Of a DNA stretch of 64,000 bases, positions 1 to 13,370 are shown one piece after another. Origin of the DNA: Yuukianura sp. NJ FZ-2021 (Eukaryota); the NCBI GenBank assembly GCA_046563655.1, contig CM102285.1:8742001-8806000 (forward strand), given 5' to 3'. Under the pieces are notes generated by a model. That model saw only the letters and a list, made by a program, of their open reading frames with translations. It ran no database searches and was not told where the DNA came from. The translations under genes were made by a program, and so were the position numbers. Numbering within the stretch: the first letter of the stretch is position 1; each line of letters begins with the position of its first letter.

Positions 1-3000
1 CCCTGTGGTGTGTATTCGAACATATCAGCAAGTCCTGCTGATGTAAAGAACCGGGATACTGGCCACTCCCCTTTCTCGACAGCATGTACAACGTGCTCCA
101 GACGTATTTGAACAGCTCTGTCCCTTGGCCATCGAATTGGATTCATTTGGTTCATCAAATTTCCTAATGCTTCGAGATTATCTCCAGAGAGATTCTCTGG
201 GTTGAGTAAAAGTTTCATCTGTTGAAGCGTGATCTCATCTTGTGCGAAGTGTACAGGAGGTGGTGGGGCTGGTGGTTCTGGAACTGAAAACTTCGGAGAT
301 CCTTTTACTTGCACCTCAACCTTCTTCATCTTCTCCGCCGGTAACTTAATTGTAATTTTAAATTCATCCTTGATTTCAACTTGGACTTCGTTTAGTTCTG
401 AACCACTTGACTTTGTAGACTCTTCATCATCTCGTTTTCCTTTGATAGAGTAATCTGCCGGTGACTTGGCAGAACCCATTGAGTCTTGATCAAGTTTTCG
501 TCTCTTGGAGCTGGGTTCATGTTCATCAAGTTCCTCCTTGACCCCATTACCTTTCTCCTGCTTGACAATTTTCAAATCTTCAACGTCTGGCTTCAACTCC
601 TGCGAATTGTTGCCATCTTGCTCTTCCTCTGTTTCCATTTTCTGTTCTACCTCAGTTTGCTGTCTCGCGGTGTCAGTGGATTCCTCCTCAGTTTTATCAA
701 TCGGTTCCTTCTTGATAACAATTTCTGACTCAGTTTGCTCAACCGAAGCAGCATCAACTGCCTGTGAAGTATTGCGACTCTCTGAATCTTCCTCCATTTT
801 CTGTTCATCTTTCACGGTAGACGTCTCTTTCTCTTCTTCTTCTGTTTCTTTCCTCTCAGCGTTGGCTTTAGCTTCATTTTCATCAGCTTCCTTTTGTCTC
901 TTCTGATCTGCTCTTTCTTGTTTGATGTCCTTAATTTCAATATCGACCATATCTCTCTTTCCTCCATCTTTTGACTTCTTTTCTGATTTTTTGTTCTTTT
1001 CGCCTGGATCCACAAGCGGTTCACCGGCAATATGACGACGAAGTATCTCACGAAACGAAAGCTCAGGATCGTTCAGGTAAAAAACATCCGTTCTTCCTAG
1101 TCCATGTCTAAGGTAGACAACACAACGTTATACAATACAATTCCTACAATATCTACCACCATTTTATACAATGTCTTACCTAGCAGCACCATACAGCAGA
1201 TCCTTGTCATGTTTTCCTGGAATCCACCAATCAGGCATATCCAATGATGGTTGACATAACTTCAGCTTCTCATCCAATTGTGGATGGAAGATAATTTCTT
1301 CCCGAATTTTGTTCAGTAAATCAATTCTTTCCAAAGTACGCCGTGCTCTTTCTTCTGTAACTGGTTCTACTGGTACTTGGATCAAATCTGAAACAAAAAG
1401 GAATTGAACATATAACAAAAAATTCATTATTTATCTGTCACTTTTAAATTCATCATTTTCAAAGTGAGCGTGAAGGCACATGACAAATAGGAAAAGACTT
1501 GGACAAGACATGACAGCGATGACAAGAATAACCACTTACCAAACTCTGGAATTCCCAATGTAAGCGATGTGTTTAGTAATTGTGTTTTAAAGCAAAATTT
1601 ACAAAAAGGTTTTAATTAAAAAAGACATATGGAAAGAATGTGACAACGTACCTTCCTCCTCTGTCAATTTCTTTCCGGAAATTCGTTTGCACATGGCGTA
1701 AAAAGCTCGGTAGTATTCCGTTAGAGTCTCATCAAACTTCTTATCCAGCCGAGAAATGGCTCGAAACTTAGACCAATCGTACCGCTTCTCTTTCCTGTGC
1801 AAGAAAACACAGAAATTACATTCAGAGTACTTTACAATTTCCTCAACACAATCGTCGCAAAAACATACCTGCTGTATTGTACTCCATAGGAAGAAACTGT
1901 TCTGAAGAAATCTGCTTCCTCTTTTTTCGACCATCTCTTCTGGTAAACTTCCAATTTCTGCTTTTCTCTCTCACGTACGATTTGATCAATTTTCTCCTTG
2001 CGTTCCTGTCGTTTAGCCTTTTGCGCATTTCGTACCTCTTCTTTCTTGAAATTCCGCTGAAAGGCAGTGATGAGTTTACGAAGTCGTGTATTGAGATCCG
2101 TTCCACCAGGCCAGACCACCTTTCCGGCATCGGCAGCGTCTGCTGCATTCGCGGTGCTACCAACAGAGGGAGGCTGCTTTTCGCTGGCAGAATCCAGACA
2201 ACTCTCATCGTCATCATCGTCTCCTCCAACTTTATCCATGTCTTCCTCGTTTCTGTAACATATGTCATACACAAGGTCAAAAACCAGGAAACGACATACA
2301 TTGAACGGTAAGTCACTCACACTTCCGAAGATATTTCAGCTAGCACTGCGGAACCGTCAGGCGGACCACAACGACCCAAGTAACAAAGATTTGGATCCAT
2401 CCTCATCATGTTGTATCGTTCATACCCATGTTTGTAAGTACCAATAAGTAGGGATGTGTCAGCGTCTCTGTCCCACCAAGGAACAGGGCCCGTGTCCACA
2501 ATCAACGTCGGTGGTATAATTTGAATTTCCCTGTAAAGCAAACTTCTTTATAAAAACAGAAGCACTCAGAACAAGCATATAACTTGATTAAACTTACGAT
2601 ATAGGCATGTTGGCAGCGATTTTAGAAGCATTGTCGCCAATAATTTCCTGTTTGATGTAGTACAGCATCCTTATGCGCAAAAGAACTCTGGAAAGTAAGT
2701 GCGTAAAATAATTAGTAAACCATTCGACTTTTACAAAAAAAAGTGGCATAATTTATAAATGTCATACTTATTCGAATGCTTGCCAATATGCTTTTTGTAA
2801 TTTTCATCCAAATGCAAGTCTGGATCGTATTTTTCATCTTTGAGCCATTCGACAGGAGGTTCCGGAGATGGATTCGATTCGCGTCCCTTCTTCCTGCTCT
2901 TACGTCCGCCACGAGAAACTGGATTTGCCAAACCTTAGTTATTGAATCAGTCAATCCGTTACATAGAATACATCTCCCATACTTCCAAGCATACATGTCC

Positions 3001-6000
3001 ACGAAGAACTAAACCCAGTCTTCTCTTACCTAAATGACTTCTGGTCACTTTCGCCGCTCCATCACCAGGGAATATCAAGTCTTGAACAAAACTTCGCACC
3101 TTTTCATCTCCTCGGAAGTTATTGACACAATGAACAAGCTAAAGAAAATAAAAGTGACAAATCAGCTTCCCATTTGATACAAACCTAGATTTGAGTTTAG
3201 AAAAACTTTGACTTACTATAACACGGGCGCAATCTTCAATGTCCCGCTCACCCCAACCAATTCGGAATTGGCCAAAGTTCAATATGTCTTTCCATCTTGC
3301 CCAACTGAAACAAGAATTCAGATCTTCAAAACTAATTCACTTCAAATTTTCACCTTCAAAACCCAAAGTTTTGCTTGCAACAAAAATGGTTTCAGGAATT
3401 GAGAACATGTTTAACTCATAATGAAAATTAGTTCTTAACTGAAAATTCATTCGGTATTAGCATGGCGTGTCATCATCAAAACATTCTAACCAGTACAAGA
3501 TATCAATTGATGAAAACTTACCCAAAAGTAAGCAGTCCTTTTTCAATTTTGTAGCACTCGCTGCGTGACCAGCGTCCGTACTCCACAACTCCGTCGTCTA
3601 CATGGAAGTCATCATCTAGTCCACGACGTGAACGTTGTCGCTTCCCTCTTCCTCGTTTACCACCGCGTCCTCGCGTCCTTTCACCGATGTTTCCGTCTTC
3701 ATCTGAATCCGAGGTAGAAGAAAGTTCTGAGATTTCCATCATAGCCTCATCATGTCCGTATCGCTTGATTTGCGTCCTTCTCCTCGGCTCATGAATCACA
3801 AGCTCATTCTAAGTTTTTAAAAAATCAGGAGACAAAAACTATTAGAAGACACAATTTCAAGCTAATCATTTTCACTGGCGTTACTTACCTTCTGACCCAT
3901 CTCATCCATTTCAATTTCTGCTTTCTTAGCCCATTTAGTCCAGAAATCTGGGTCGTCTAAGTTTATATCTTCACGAATTCCAGTAGAAGCGAAACTTGCT
4001 TTGGAGAAAGTGGAGCCCTTCTCTCCCGTTTCCAGAGTAATAACTTGTGTTCTTCTTTGTAAGATACAGTCAATGTCTTCTTCACAAAATTTATCTCCAG
4101 CGTTGTCTTCGTCCATGAGGGCTCCATAGGCTCCTTTCTTAAGTAAATCTTCAACTTCCTTCTTGGACAGTTGCTTATTGGCACTCGTGTCAAATCCTTT
4201 TCCGGAACTTCCTTGAGAAGTATTCATGCTTTGCAGAACGGCCTTGTCTAACCCAAGTTTTAGTGAAGCTCTGTCGAACATTTCTCTTTCGTAAGTACTT
4301 CTACAAATTAGTCGATAAACTTTCACCATCTTCGCTTGCCCAATTCGGTGACATCTAGCTTGAGCCTAAACAGATTTTCAAATCAACATTAAATTAATCT
4401 CGATTTAAACTTAGGAACAAGAAAAAGAGAAAACGCTAGTAATAAATTACCTGAAGATCATTTTGTGGATTCCAATCGGAGTCATAAATGATTACAGTAT
4501 CAGCCGCTGTTAGATTGATTCCAAGTCCTCCTGCCTTAGTACACAATAGAAATACAAATCGATCGGAATCCGGCTTACTGAACCGATCAATTGCTGCTTG
4601 TCGGAAAGGGCCTCGGATTCTTCCATCAATTCGCTCAAATGGGTATTTCATGTATATGAGATAGTCTTCCAGGATGTCCAGGCAGCGTACCATTTGACTG
4701 AAGATGAGCACACGGTGTCCATTGGCCTTGAGTTTCGGCAAGAGTTTGTCAACTAGCACCATTTTACCGGATGAAGAAACTAAGGCCTTGTAGTACAAAT
4801 CGTTGTCATCTGGACCGCCGTTTACAATTCGATAATCCCTTTGAATTTCTTCTTCAGCTCCATTCAAAAGGTACGGATGAATGCAGCACTTTCTTAGCTC
4901 CATCATAGTGTTCATCAAGTTCGGAATATTGGCAGCAGTAGTTCCTTTGCTCAAAAATGAAAAATTCTTCTCCAGAATACCGCGGTAGTACTTTTTCTGC
5001 ATGTTGGTCAATTCCACCTGAGAAAGAGAAATATTATTCCCATGTAAATTCGAATTCTGTTAATAGTTCAATGATTTTGTGAATTCCAACTTAGCGGAAT
5101 TGGTATGGCGGAATATACTTACCTCGATAATAGTTTCTTCTTTTGGTGCAATTGATTTTTCCACATCTTCTTTGAGGCGACGCAGCATCATTGGCTTCAA
5201 AAGTGCTTGGAGTTTCTGAACTTGAGTTTCCGTAGTAAGTTCCCCAAACTCTTTCTTGAAATTATCGTCCGAAGAAAACTGCGCCGGCTCCAAGAAGTTT
5301 AGCAGCGAGAAGAGTTCATTGATGTTATTCTGCAGCGGAGTTCCACTTAGAAGAACTCGGTGTTCTAAATTGAGCAGTCGGAGACCTTCCAGCAGCTTAC
5401 AGTTTTTGTTCTTGAGTCGATGGGCTTCGTCGATAATACATAGCCTCCATGGAAAGTCTTTTAAATCCAATACATCCGTCAGTACAATCTCAAATGTGGT
5501 AATCATAACATTGAATTTATAGACATCCTTGATATTCATTGATGGGTTATCCGGATGTCGATAGAAGAGTTCGTATTCTTGAATCATGTTTCGACTTGGC
5601 ACGGAACCGTGGTAAACAACGACATTCAGATCCGTCCAGGTTTCAAATTCTCTCTGCCAATTAGGTACCGTAGACAGCGGTGCAATAACAAGGAAAGGAC
5701 CACGTATTCCATAGCGATGAACCGACTCAACAAATGTCAAAGACTGGATTGTTTTTCCCAGTCCCATTTCGTCTGCTAGAATGCAATTTCGTCCATTATA
5801 CCAAGAGAAGCTGAGCCAGTTGAGTCCTTCAAGTTGGTAGGCACGAAGCGTGTTTGAATTCTTGTAAACAGGAGACTCTTCTAATTTTACCCAATCGGCA
5901 GCCTTCGGGCGGCGCTTCGGTTTCCATTGATCTTTGGGTGGTGGATTATAAAACTTGTGAAATTGTTGCAATTTTTCTGGATCAATATCATCTGCCAGTT

Positions 6001-9000
6001 CCCACGTACATTCGTCATAAGGCAAAGCCCTCCATTTCACCAGATAGTTCTTTGTTATGTTTCCAGTAGCGGGGTCTCGGACTTCGCTCATTTCTAAAAT
6101 CCGATCGACTTCTACGTACTCAGGGTTGAATGGATCCTCTTCAAGGAATTCAAAAATATCTCGTTGATTCATCTTCTGTTTAAATCGTCGAATCTTTGGA
6201 ACCGCCCTCTTGTCACCTTTAGTCAATTCTTCTTCTGTCTTCCATTCACAATGAAGATACGAGAAGTTCTTGTACTTGACGTAATATTCCTCTACCTCCA
6301 CAGTGTCAACAATACGTTCTCGCTTCTTCTTTGGTTTTGCTGCAGGTTCAGTCTTTACCTTCACTTCGCCAGATTCCTCTTTTACTTTTTCTACTTCTTG
6401 TGCTGGTTCGTCAGTATTTTCAGGCTGGACTTCCGGTTCTGATGCTGGTTTTTCATCAGACTTAATTTCTTCTGCTGGTTCAGTTTTGACTGCGACATCT
6501 TCTGAGGTTGAAGTTCCTTCGGGTGGCGTTTCTTCCTTGGCTTCAGTTTTGTTCGAGTCCACGTTTTCTGCTGGCTTCTCTTCTTCCATTTCTTCTTCAT
6601 CGTCCGTCGATTCAGCCACAATGTCACGCTTTCCAACCCGGAAACTGAGAATATGCTGTATAATCATGGTGTCTTCCTCAGCTGGATTCTATAATAAAAT
6701 ATGATTTAATTAGAATGAATATAATGTAATTTTAACATAATGCAATGTAATAAGGCTGCATTGCAGTATAAAACTTCTCACTCATCAGTTGGGTAAGAGT
6801 GTAGAATGCAAACGCTGTTGCTTGTTTACTTACAACGAAAACGAAGTTTGGTTTCGTCGGTCCTTGGCTATTGCTATCGTCTGCTGTACAAAGAGGAGTA
6901 GGCGTGCTACTGGAAGCAATTGGAGTAACATTTCCAGGCGTTACCGCCGTGGTTCCGGGAGTTTCACTCCCGGCTGGACGAGGCGTAGATGGTTCCAGTG
7001 ATTTGGCAGGTGAGGCTGACTGTTGCTTCTGCGGTGTTGGCACAATTAATTCTTCATCTGACAAACATGCCAGCACGTCCTCAATGTACTTCTTGCGATT
7101 ACTTTGACTGTGACGTCCTGAGCGTCGCTTCTATTACACAGAGTTAAATCATTGATTAATTCTCCCACTTCATAAGATAAAGTAAATAAAAATAATAAAT
7201 CTAAAGAGTAAGTTACTCAAACTAACGGTAAAACGAACTTACATTTGTATTATCTTCTTCTGGCGGCGGTGAAGGAGGAGGCGTTACTTCTAGATCGGAG
7301 CATCCTTCGGAGTCACTGCCCCTCTTCTTTTTCTTCTTCTTCGCCGCCAATGATGCAATCAATGTTCTAAAAAAAAGCGAAGAGTGTACACCATTTTTCA
7401 TTTACATGTATTATAAAAAACAATTCTGTAATTCCCTTATTTCGATGATATTTACGTACGTTTTAGTTGGACGCTTTTTAGACGAACTACTTGACTTCAT
7501 CTTTGGTTTGGATTTTTTCTTTGGCGACTTTTGCGGAGACATTTGCTCCTCTGGAAGAGGGTCAGTGGACATGGCGTCGACTTGAGCGATGACAGGGCTG
7601 GTGGGGTCGATGATATTGAGTGAAATGCCGTCTTGGGTGCTGGTATCACCATCCCCACTGGTGCCCGTTGTTTGAGCGGTGAGGCCTGAAACCAATTATG
7701 ACAGTCTCGTCTAATTCTGGTTTTCATAAATCCACTGAATGAATCTCTTCGTTGAGTTAGTAACAAAATTTAACTGACATGAATTCGAAAGTCACTAAAA
7801 ACGTTGTTTAGAAGACAAATGAAACATTATGTACCTCCTTCAGCTGCTGTGATACCAGCAGCACCAATCCCGTTTTTTTGGTCCGATTCATAAGTGTCTT
7901 CTGGTTTAATAAGTAAACTACTCGAGTCCATACTAAAAGAGTCAGTAGGTGGCTGGAAACTTATTGGACTCTCCTCAATTGGCTTCTTCTTGCTTCGCGA
8001 CCTAAGATTAATTTATTATCTTATTCCTTATGAATACAAAATAACAATATTGGGTGTGATAAGAATTAAAACAACGGGATAATTGATTTAAATAGTGTTC
8101 TGCTCACTTTTTCGGAGATTTTTCTTTGACAGGTTTCGGTTCTTTTACTTTTTTCTCCTTTGGAGATTTAGACTCTCTTGGTTTTCTAAATAAAACACAG
8201 AAAACGTTTAGAAAAAACAACTTCACACGAATGGAATGTGAAAGATAAGTTGTAATAGGCTCTGTTAATGAAAAAAACTAATCGTACCTTGGTTTCTTGG
8301 GCTTCTTCTCTGGAATTTCTGGAGGTACATCCTGGAAGTCGTAAATTTCATGTGACATTTGCATTGGTGGGACTCCAAACGGTGGTGGAGGTGGTTGACC
8401 CATCATGTCAAAGTCGGGCATCGGTGGCTCTTTCTTGCCTTTCCCTTTCCCTTTACTGCCTTTCGGCTCTTTTGGTTTTCGCTCTTTTTTCTTCTTTCCT
8501 TTTGGCTGAAAATCGTCCGCTCCGTCCGTAGGAAAATCCATTCCCATTTCCTATGTTGAACATAGAACGTTTAAATATGGTTATAGGATTCGTTTTTCAG
8601 TTGGAGTTAAAAAAATATAGCATTAATCGAGAATCGACTAACCATTCCATGTCCAGGGTGTGACTGGCCGTACATTGAAGGAACACCATGTTGAGGGCCC
8701 ATTCCTGGATGTCCCATTCCAGGATACGGTCCTCTTGCTGCTTGTTGCTGTAAGCCGCGTAATCGGTCTTGGAGTTCAGCTATTTGCATTTGGCTTTGTT
8801 GTGTCGGTGGAGTAGAATAGAGATGTTGGAGTTGACTCTGAACTTGATGAATTTCATACTGTAAAGCATCCGGTGGAAGTTGAGATGGTATTGGACCGTG
8901 TCCCATTGGCAACGGATGCTGACCAGGTCCTGGTGCCCTCATTCCAGGATGCATACCTGCTGGTGGATAAGGTGAAGGCGGGTAGCCGCTTGGAGAATGG

Positions 9001-11660
9001 TAGTAGCCTTGTTGTGCCGGCCCTTCGGCAGTATTTCCCTGAGAGAATCCTGGATATTGATGAGGTGCACCGGACGGTCCTTGGTTCGGCATTGGCGATG
9101 GAGTCATATTTCGATTTCCTCCTGGAGGACCATTTGACCCATAACTGCTCGGCTGGTGTGTTTGATGTGGACCGGTGCTTTGCGGACCATAGCCCATCAT
9201 AACGCTAGATCCTGGCTGGTGATGACCTGGAGCTCCAGTGGGACTCATAACGCCTTGGTGACTCAAGTTGGCATTCATCATTGATGGCAGTGGGGAAGAA
9301 GAGCCAGAAGATGTCAATTGACTAAGCGGACCTCGAGAATTGTGACCCAATTGTGGATGTTGACTCCCTCCGAAATCAGGATGGCCACTGTTATTTCCAG
9401 AATCAGTTGATCCAGGTTGTGGCGTATTTGAAATTACAGAATTTATGCTGTTGGTGATTGACCCGGACGATGGTCCTGCTGGTGTTTGGAGTTGTTGTGT
9501 AGAGTCCACTGAGGAGTTACTCATCTGTGACTGCTGTGAATTTTCCAAATTATTTGCTAAATTTCCTAAGTTAGTTTCAGACTCAAGAGGAGATTCAGTT
9601 GCATTGGTACTTGGTGTGGAGCTGGTTGGGCGCTGAGGTTGAAACCTGGAATTCTCTTCTAGGTGACCACCCGACATTGCTCCAGTTCCACCACCTCCAG
9701 ACGAGGACGACTGAGACATTAAATTATTGAGTGCCTCATTAGAGTTTTCATTTAACGACGCAGTACCGCTTGGATCTTGAGGCGGTAGTGGAGTTGAGGC
9801 CGAGTTCAATGAGTTTAGATCTGACGAATGAAACGTTGAAGGTGACGTTTTAACTATCTCATCTGAATTTCCAGCTTCTGGAGCCGAAGTGTCGAGAGTG
9901 CTAGTCAACTGATCGAGGTCTGAGTCTTGGCATCTTGACGAACCCCCTCCAATGGAGTTGTCCATGGCAGCATGAGAGGTGCTCAATGGCGAATGGCTTA
10001 CTGGTCCAGATGTAATATGAGAATGCAAACTCCCTGGGCTAGCTGTTGGCTGCTGAATATGTTGAGTATAACATTGTTGTTGTTGTTGCTTGTTCGATGA
10101 TCTGCTCATGGGCGGTGTCTGCCACTGTGTCGGAGACAACGGTGTCTTTGGCCCAATCATTCCTGGTGACATAGGTGTCTTTGGCCCACTCATTGGACTC
10201 ATTACGCCGGAAGATGTCAAATGTGGTTTTGGTGAAGGTGAGTTTTTATTTACGTGCGGCATTACCATTTGTTCCAATTGCTGCAAACTACTTATGCCAC
10301 TGTGCCCCGAAGGTGGTGGAATCGGCCCTCCCATAGATTGTTGTGACATGCTCTGCTGAGCTGGTGACATCGGTATTGTAGGTGTGCTCGGAGCAGAGGG
10401 ACGGGGCGACGGAGCTGGCGGTCTTGGAGATGGTGTTGGTTGCCGAGGAGACAATTGTGGTAGTTGGGCATAACTTGGTCCAGGCGGCCGATAACCTGGA
10501 CTTCCGTTGGGTACTGACGGAGAGCCGTGTGGTAATCCAGAACCTCCAAAACCGGCTGGATAAGAGCTGGACATAGGTCCACTTGCTGGGGTCTGGGGTC
10601 CCCCAGCAGATAGACCTGAACTTCCTTGCCCTTGACTTGGATAATACTGACCATACTGACTTCCATACTGTGGATGCTGAGAAGGAATGGAACCATATTG
10701 TTGAGGATGGTGTGTAGCTCCATAGATAGGAGCCGTTTGTGGTGGGACATTTGATACACGACTACTAGAAGTATGATAATCTGGATACTGTTGAGCTGAG
10801 TTACCGTACATTTGAGGATAACCTTGCGGCATTACAGAAGATGGAACTTGCGGCCGTGTCATGTACGGAGACATGGAATGTGGACCAGTCTGTTGAGATG
10901 GTTGTTGCTGTGCTTGGGGAGGGACCGATTGTTGCTGCTGTGGTGGACGCGGAATATTAGGGGTGTAGGCGTGGGGCTGCCTATAATTACTGGCAGCATT
11001 TGGTGGATAATGATGAGGTACTGAGCCACCGTAACCTTGCTGGTCATTCCATCGATGTACTTGCTGAGCGTAAAGATCTTGAGTCGGACCTCTGTACCCT
11101 GGAAACTGCTGCTGTTGTTGCTGGATGTGTGAGGGAACACCCCCAGGGCCTGGCATTCGTGTCGACGGTGGTACTAGAGGTTGAGATGGCGGTTGACCTA
11201 ATGTCCCTTCTCTTGGTGTCGGTCTCATCATACCCGAACTTTGTACTGAATAATCTTGATAGTGAATATTAGGTGATGGACCAGAGGAAGAAGATATTGA
11301 CTGATGGTACGGAGGGTATCCAGGCATTGGTCTAGATGGTGTCTGTGACGAAGGCGAAACGCCATATGATCCTAGTCCTGCCTGTCCTGCGGCATACTGA
11401 GCATACTGAGCCGAATAGTCCGGGTAGCCCGGATTCGGGTTCATCTTGTTCGCTGAGTCTAGTCCTTGACCAATCTGGGTGTAACTGGGTGGTGGATTTC
11501 CAAAATTCTGCATTATGCCTTCCGCTGTAGACCCCAACCTTTGTGACGAATTCGATTGTTGTTGAGATGAAGATGTCGCAAAATTATCGGAACCTAACTC
11601 TGCCAAACTATCCAACATGCCACTTCCCAGATCATCTCCAAATAAATCGTAATTTTCCAT
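1..11660 (-). CDS. kis: Chromodomain-helicase-DNA-binding protein, kismet/CHD7-9 class (multi-exon; 3' end beyond window start)
   Basis: ~1000-aa Q/P/G/S-rich N-terminal exon (ATG 11660, [10 protein letters not shown]). Two chromodomains ([33 protein letters not shown]). SNF2 ATPase motifs [68 protein letters not shown]7-type C-terminal blocks ([25 protein letters not shown]). Exons join by GT-AG introns. Confidence 0.95.
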
Positions 11661-13327
11661 ACCCACACTCAGTTCCTAATGCGGGCACATCCTATTCCTA
11701 GTCCGTTTCTTTCCTGAAATCCTAATCGTATGAAAAGTAATTAGCTTCTTACAGTGAGAATTCCGTCGCCGGGTGAGTTAGCCTCAAATATTCAATATTA
11801 ATGGACACATTTCAAGTACCAACAATATGCGTTGCGTTTGGGACTGTTCTTGAACATCGATACTTGCTATATCCTCCCATCCGCTTTCACGTCATCTAAG
11901 AAACACAGAATGTTAATTTAAGGTTACCCGTGTAAACTTATATTGAATAAAATCTACAAAAGCCAAAGCGAAGCAAAGTAAGCCACCAGTGTCCAAGGAA
12001 ATTCTGAAGTTTTAATCGGTTCTTTGCAGTTGCAGATTTGCGATTATTCCACTTGAGAATCCGACGATAGCGGTTCTAGAAATTAACGATTGCGTCTCTC
12101 CACTTCTAGCAAGGTCGTCAATTCCCCAGTTTCGATGACCGTGAATTAATCAGAAGGGGAAAAGCCATACGCTTACGATCATTTTAAAAGCGTCAACCGT
12201 CATGACTTTCCCCGTTCAGAAGAATTCAATTCCAGTAACTCAAAGGTTGTTCCTAATTGAAGCGGCGAATGTACCCTACAGCATATCCAGTATTTAGCGG
12301 CCGGCCCCGTCCATAAGCATTGGTTGCTAACCGCAGGCTGCTGAGCATGGACTATGGACACGTCTTGCGACGTAACTTACACATCTCGTGCCGCAATACT
12401 TTCAACCAAACACTTTTGCCCGTTTGAAAACGTTGATACTTCAAGTACTTCGACGTAAGAGCGTCTGTTCATACCGTTTGTGTTGCGACATGCATGTATT
12501 AAATTGCGTCAAAGAAGGCTAAGGGCAACTACATGTAAAAGCAAGCAGTATAATTCCGCGTAAGGTAACTCACCCCAGTTAGCTAAAGATTGCGTCGGAT
12601 CGTGTCGTTTAGTGGATCCCGGTGTACTTGAGGTTGAAAATCACAATTAAGTTAAGTTAGTGAAGGGAATCCTGGGATGACTAACCTAAGTTTGTTATGT
12701 TAACTTTGACAGTGTCGTCCATTGTGCTGGTGTCCCTGTTGGTTTCTGTGGAGTGGGACAAAGCAAGGAAGGGTGAGGATATGCCGAGGGAGAGTATAGT
12801 AAGGCAGAGGGGATGTTGAGTGGCACTTGAACTGCGCCTCTGCGTACCTCATCTCTTCATCTGCGTGTACTTTAGTATAAGAGGAAAAGGAGGAATTTGG
12901 CAAAAACGAAGTGTAGCGTCTCTCCGTGCTATCCAACCAACCTCCCTCTTCAGGAAAATTAGGATCCGAACCACAACACCGCACCGTGTAGGTTCAATGA
13001 CAGGGAAGGGCGTCCCACCAACCAACCAATCCCCGCCTTCCAGAAACGTCGAGAGTACCGTGGAATTAAGTAGGAGCACTCGAGAACGTGACATCACTCA
13101 GGGACCCTCCAGTGTTCAACTTTACTTTAGTTACTTTACCGTTAGCGTTGTCTAAAACGTAGACATTGACGATAACTTTATTACACCATGTCGTTGACAT
13201 ATTGCAAAGTGACTTTGCGGGTTAAGGGGGAATCGGCTAGACCAAGGTTATTTGCTGAACGTTGTGACGTTTTCTAGCGCAACCTTACGGCACAGCTACA
13301 ACAGGTCGTGTGAATGAAGTTATTAAG

Positions 13328-13370
13328 TTAGGTTAGGCTAGTTTTGGTTAGGTTAGGTTAGGTTAGGTTA
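13328..13370 (+). repeat. Short interstitial (TTAGG)n tract
   Basis: ttaggttagg...ttaggttaggttaggttaggtta, with four perfect tandem units at 13348-13367. Matches the arthropod telomere motif, which is also common in transposon subterminal repeats. Confidence 0.8.

Noticed and set aside
229..11530. Many + strand ORFs (60-145 aa) over kismet
   Set aside because: They are antisense shadows of coding exons (Ser/Phe/Leu-rich mirrors of Glu/Lys-rich sequence) with no recognisable domains.
13328..13370. TTAGG tract as a telomere or fusion scar
   Set aside because: Only a handful of units in gene-dense DNA. A transposon-associated microsatellite is more parsimonious.
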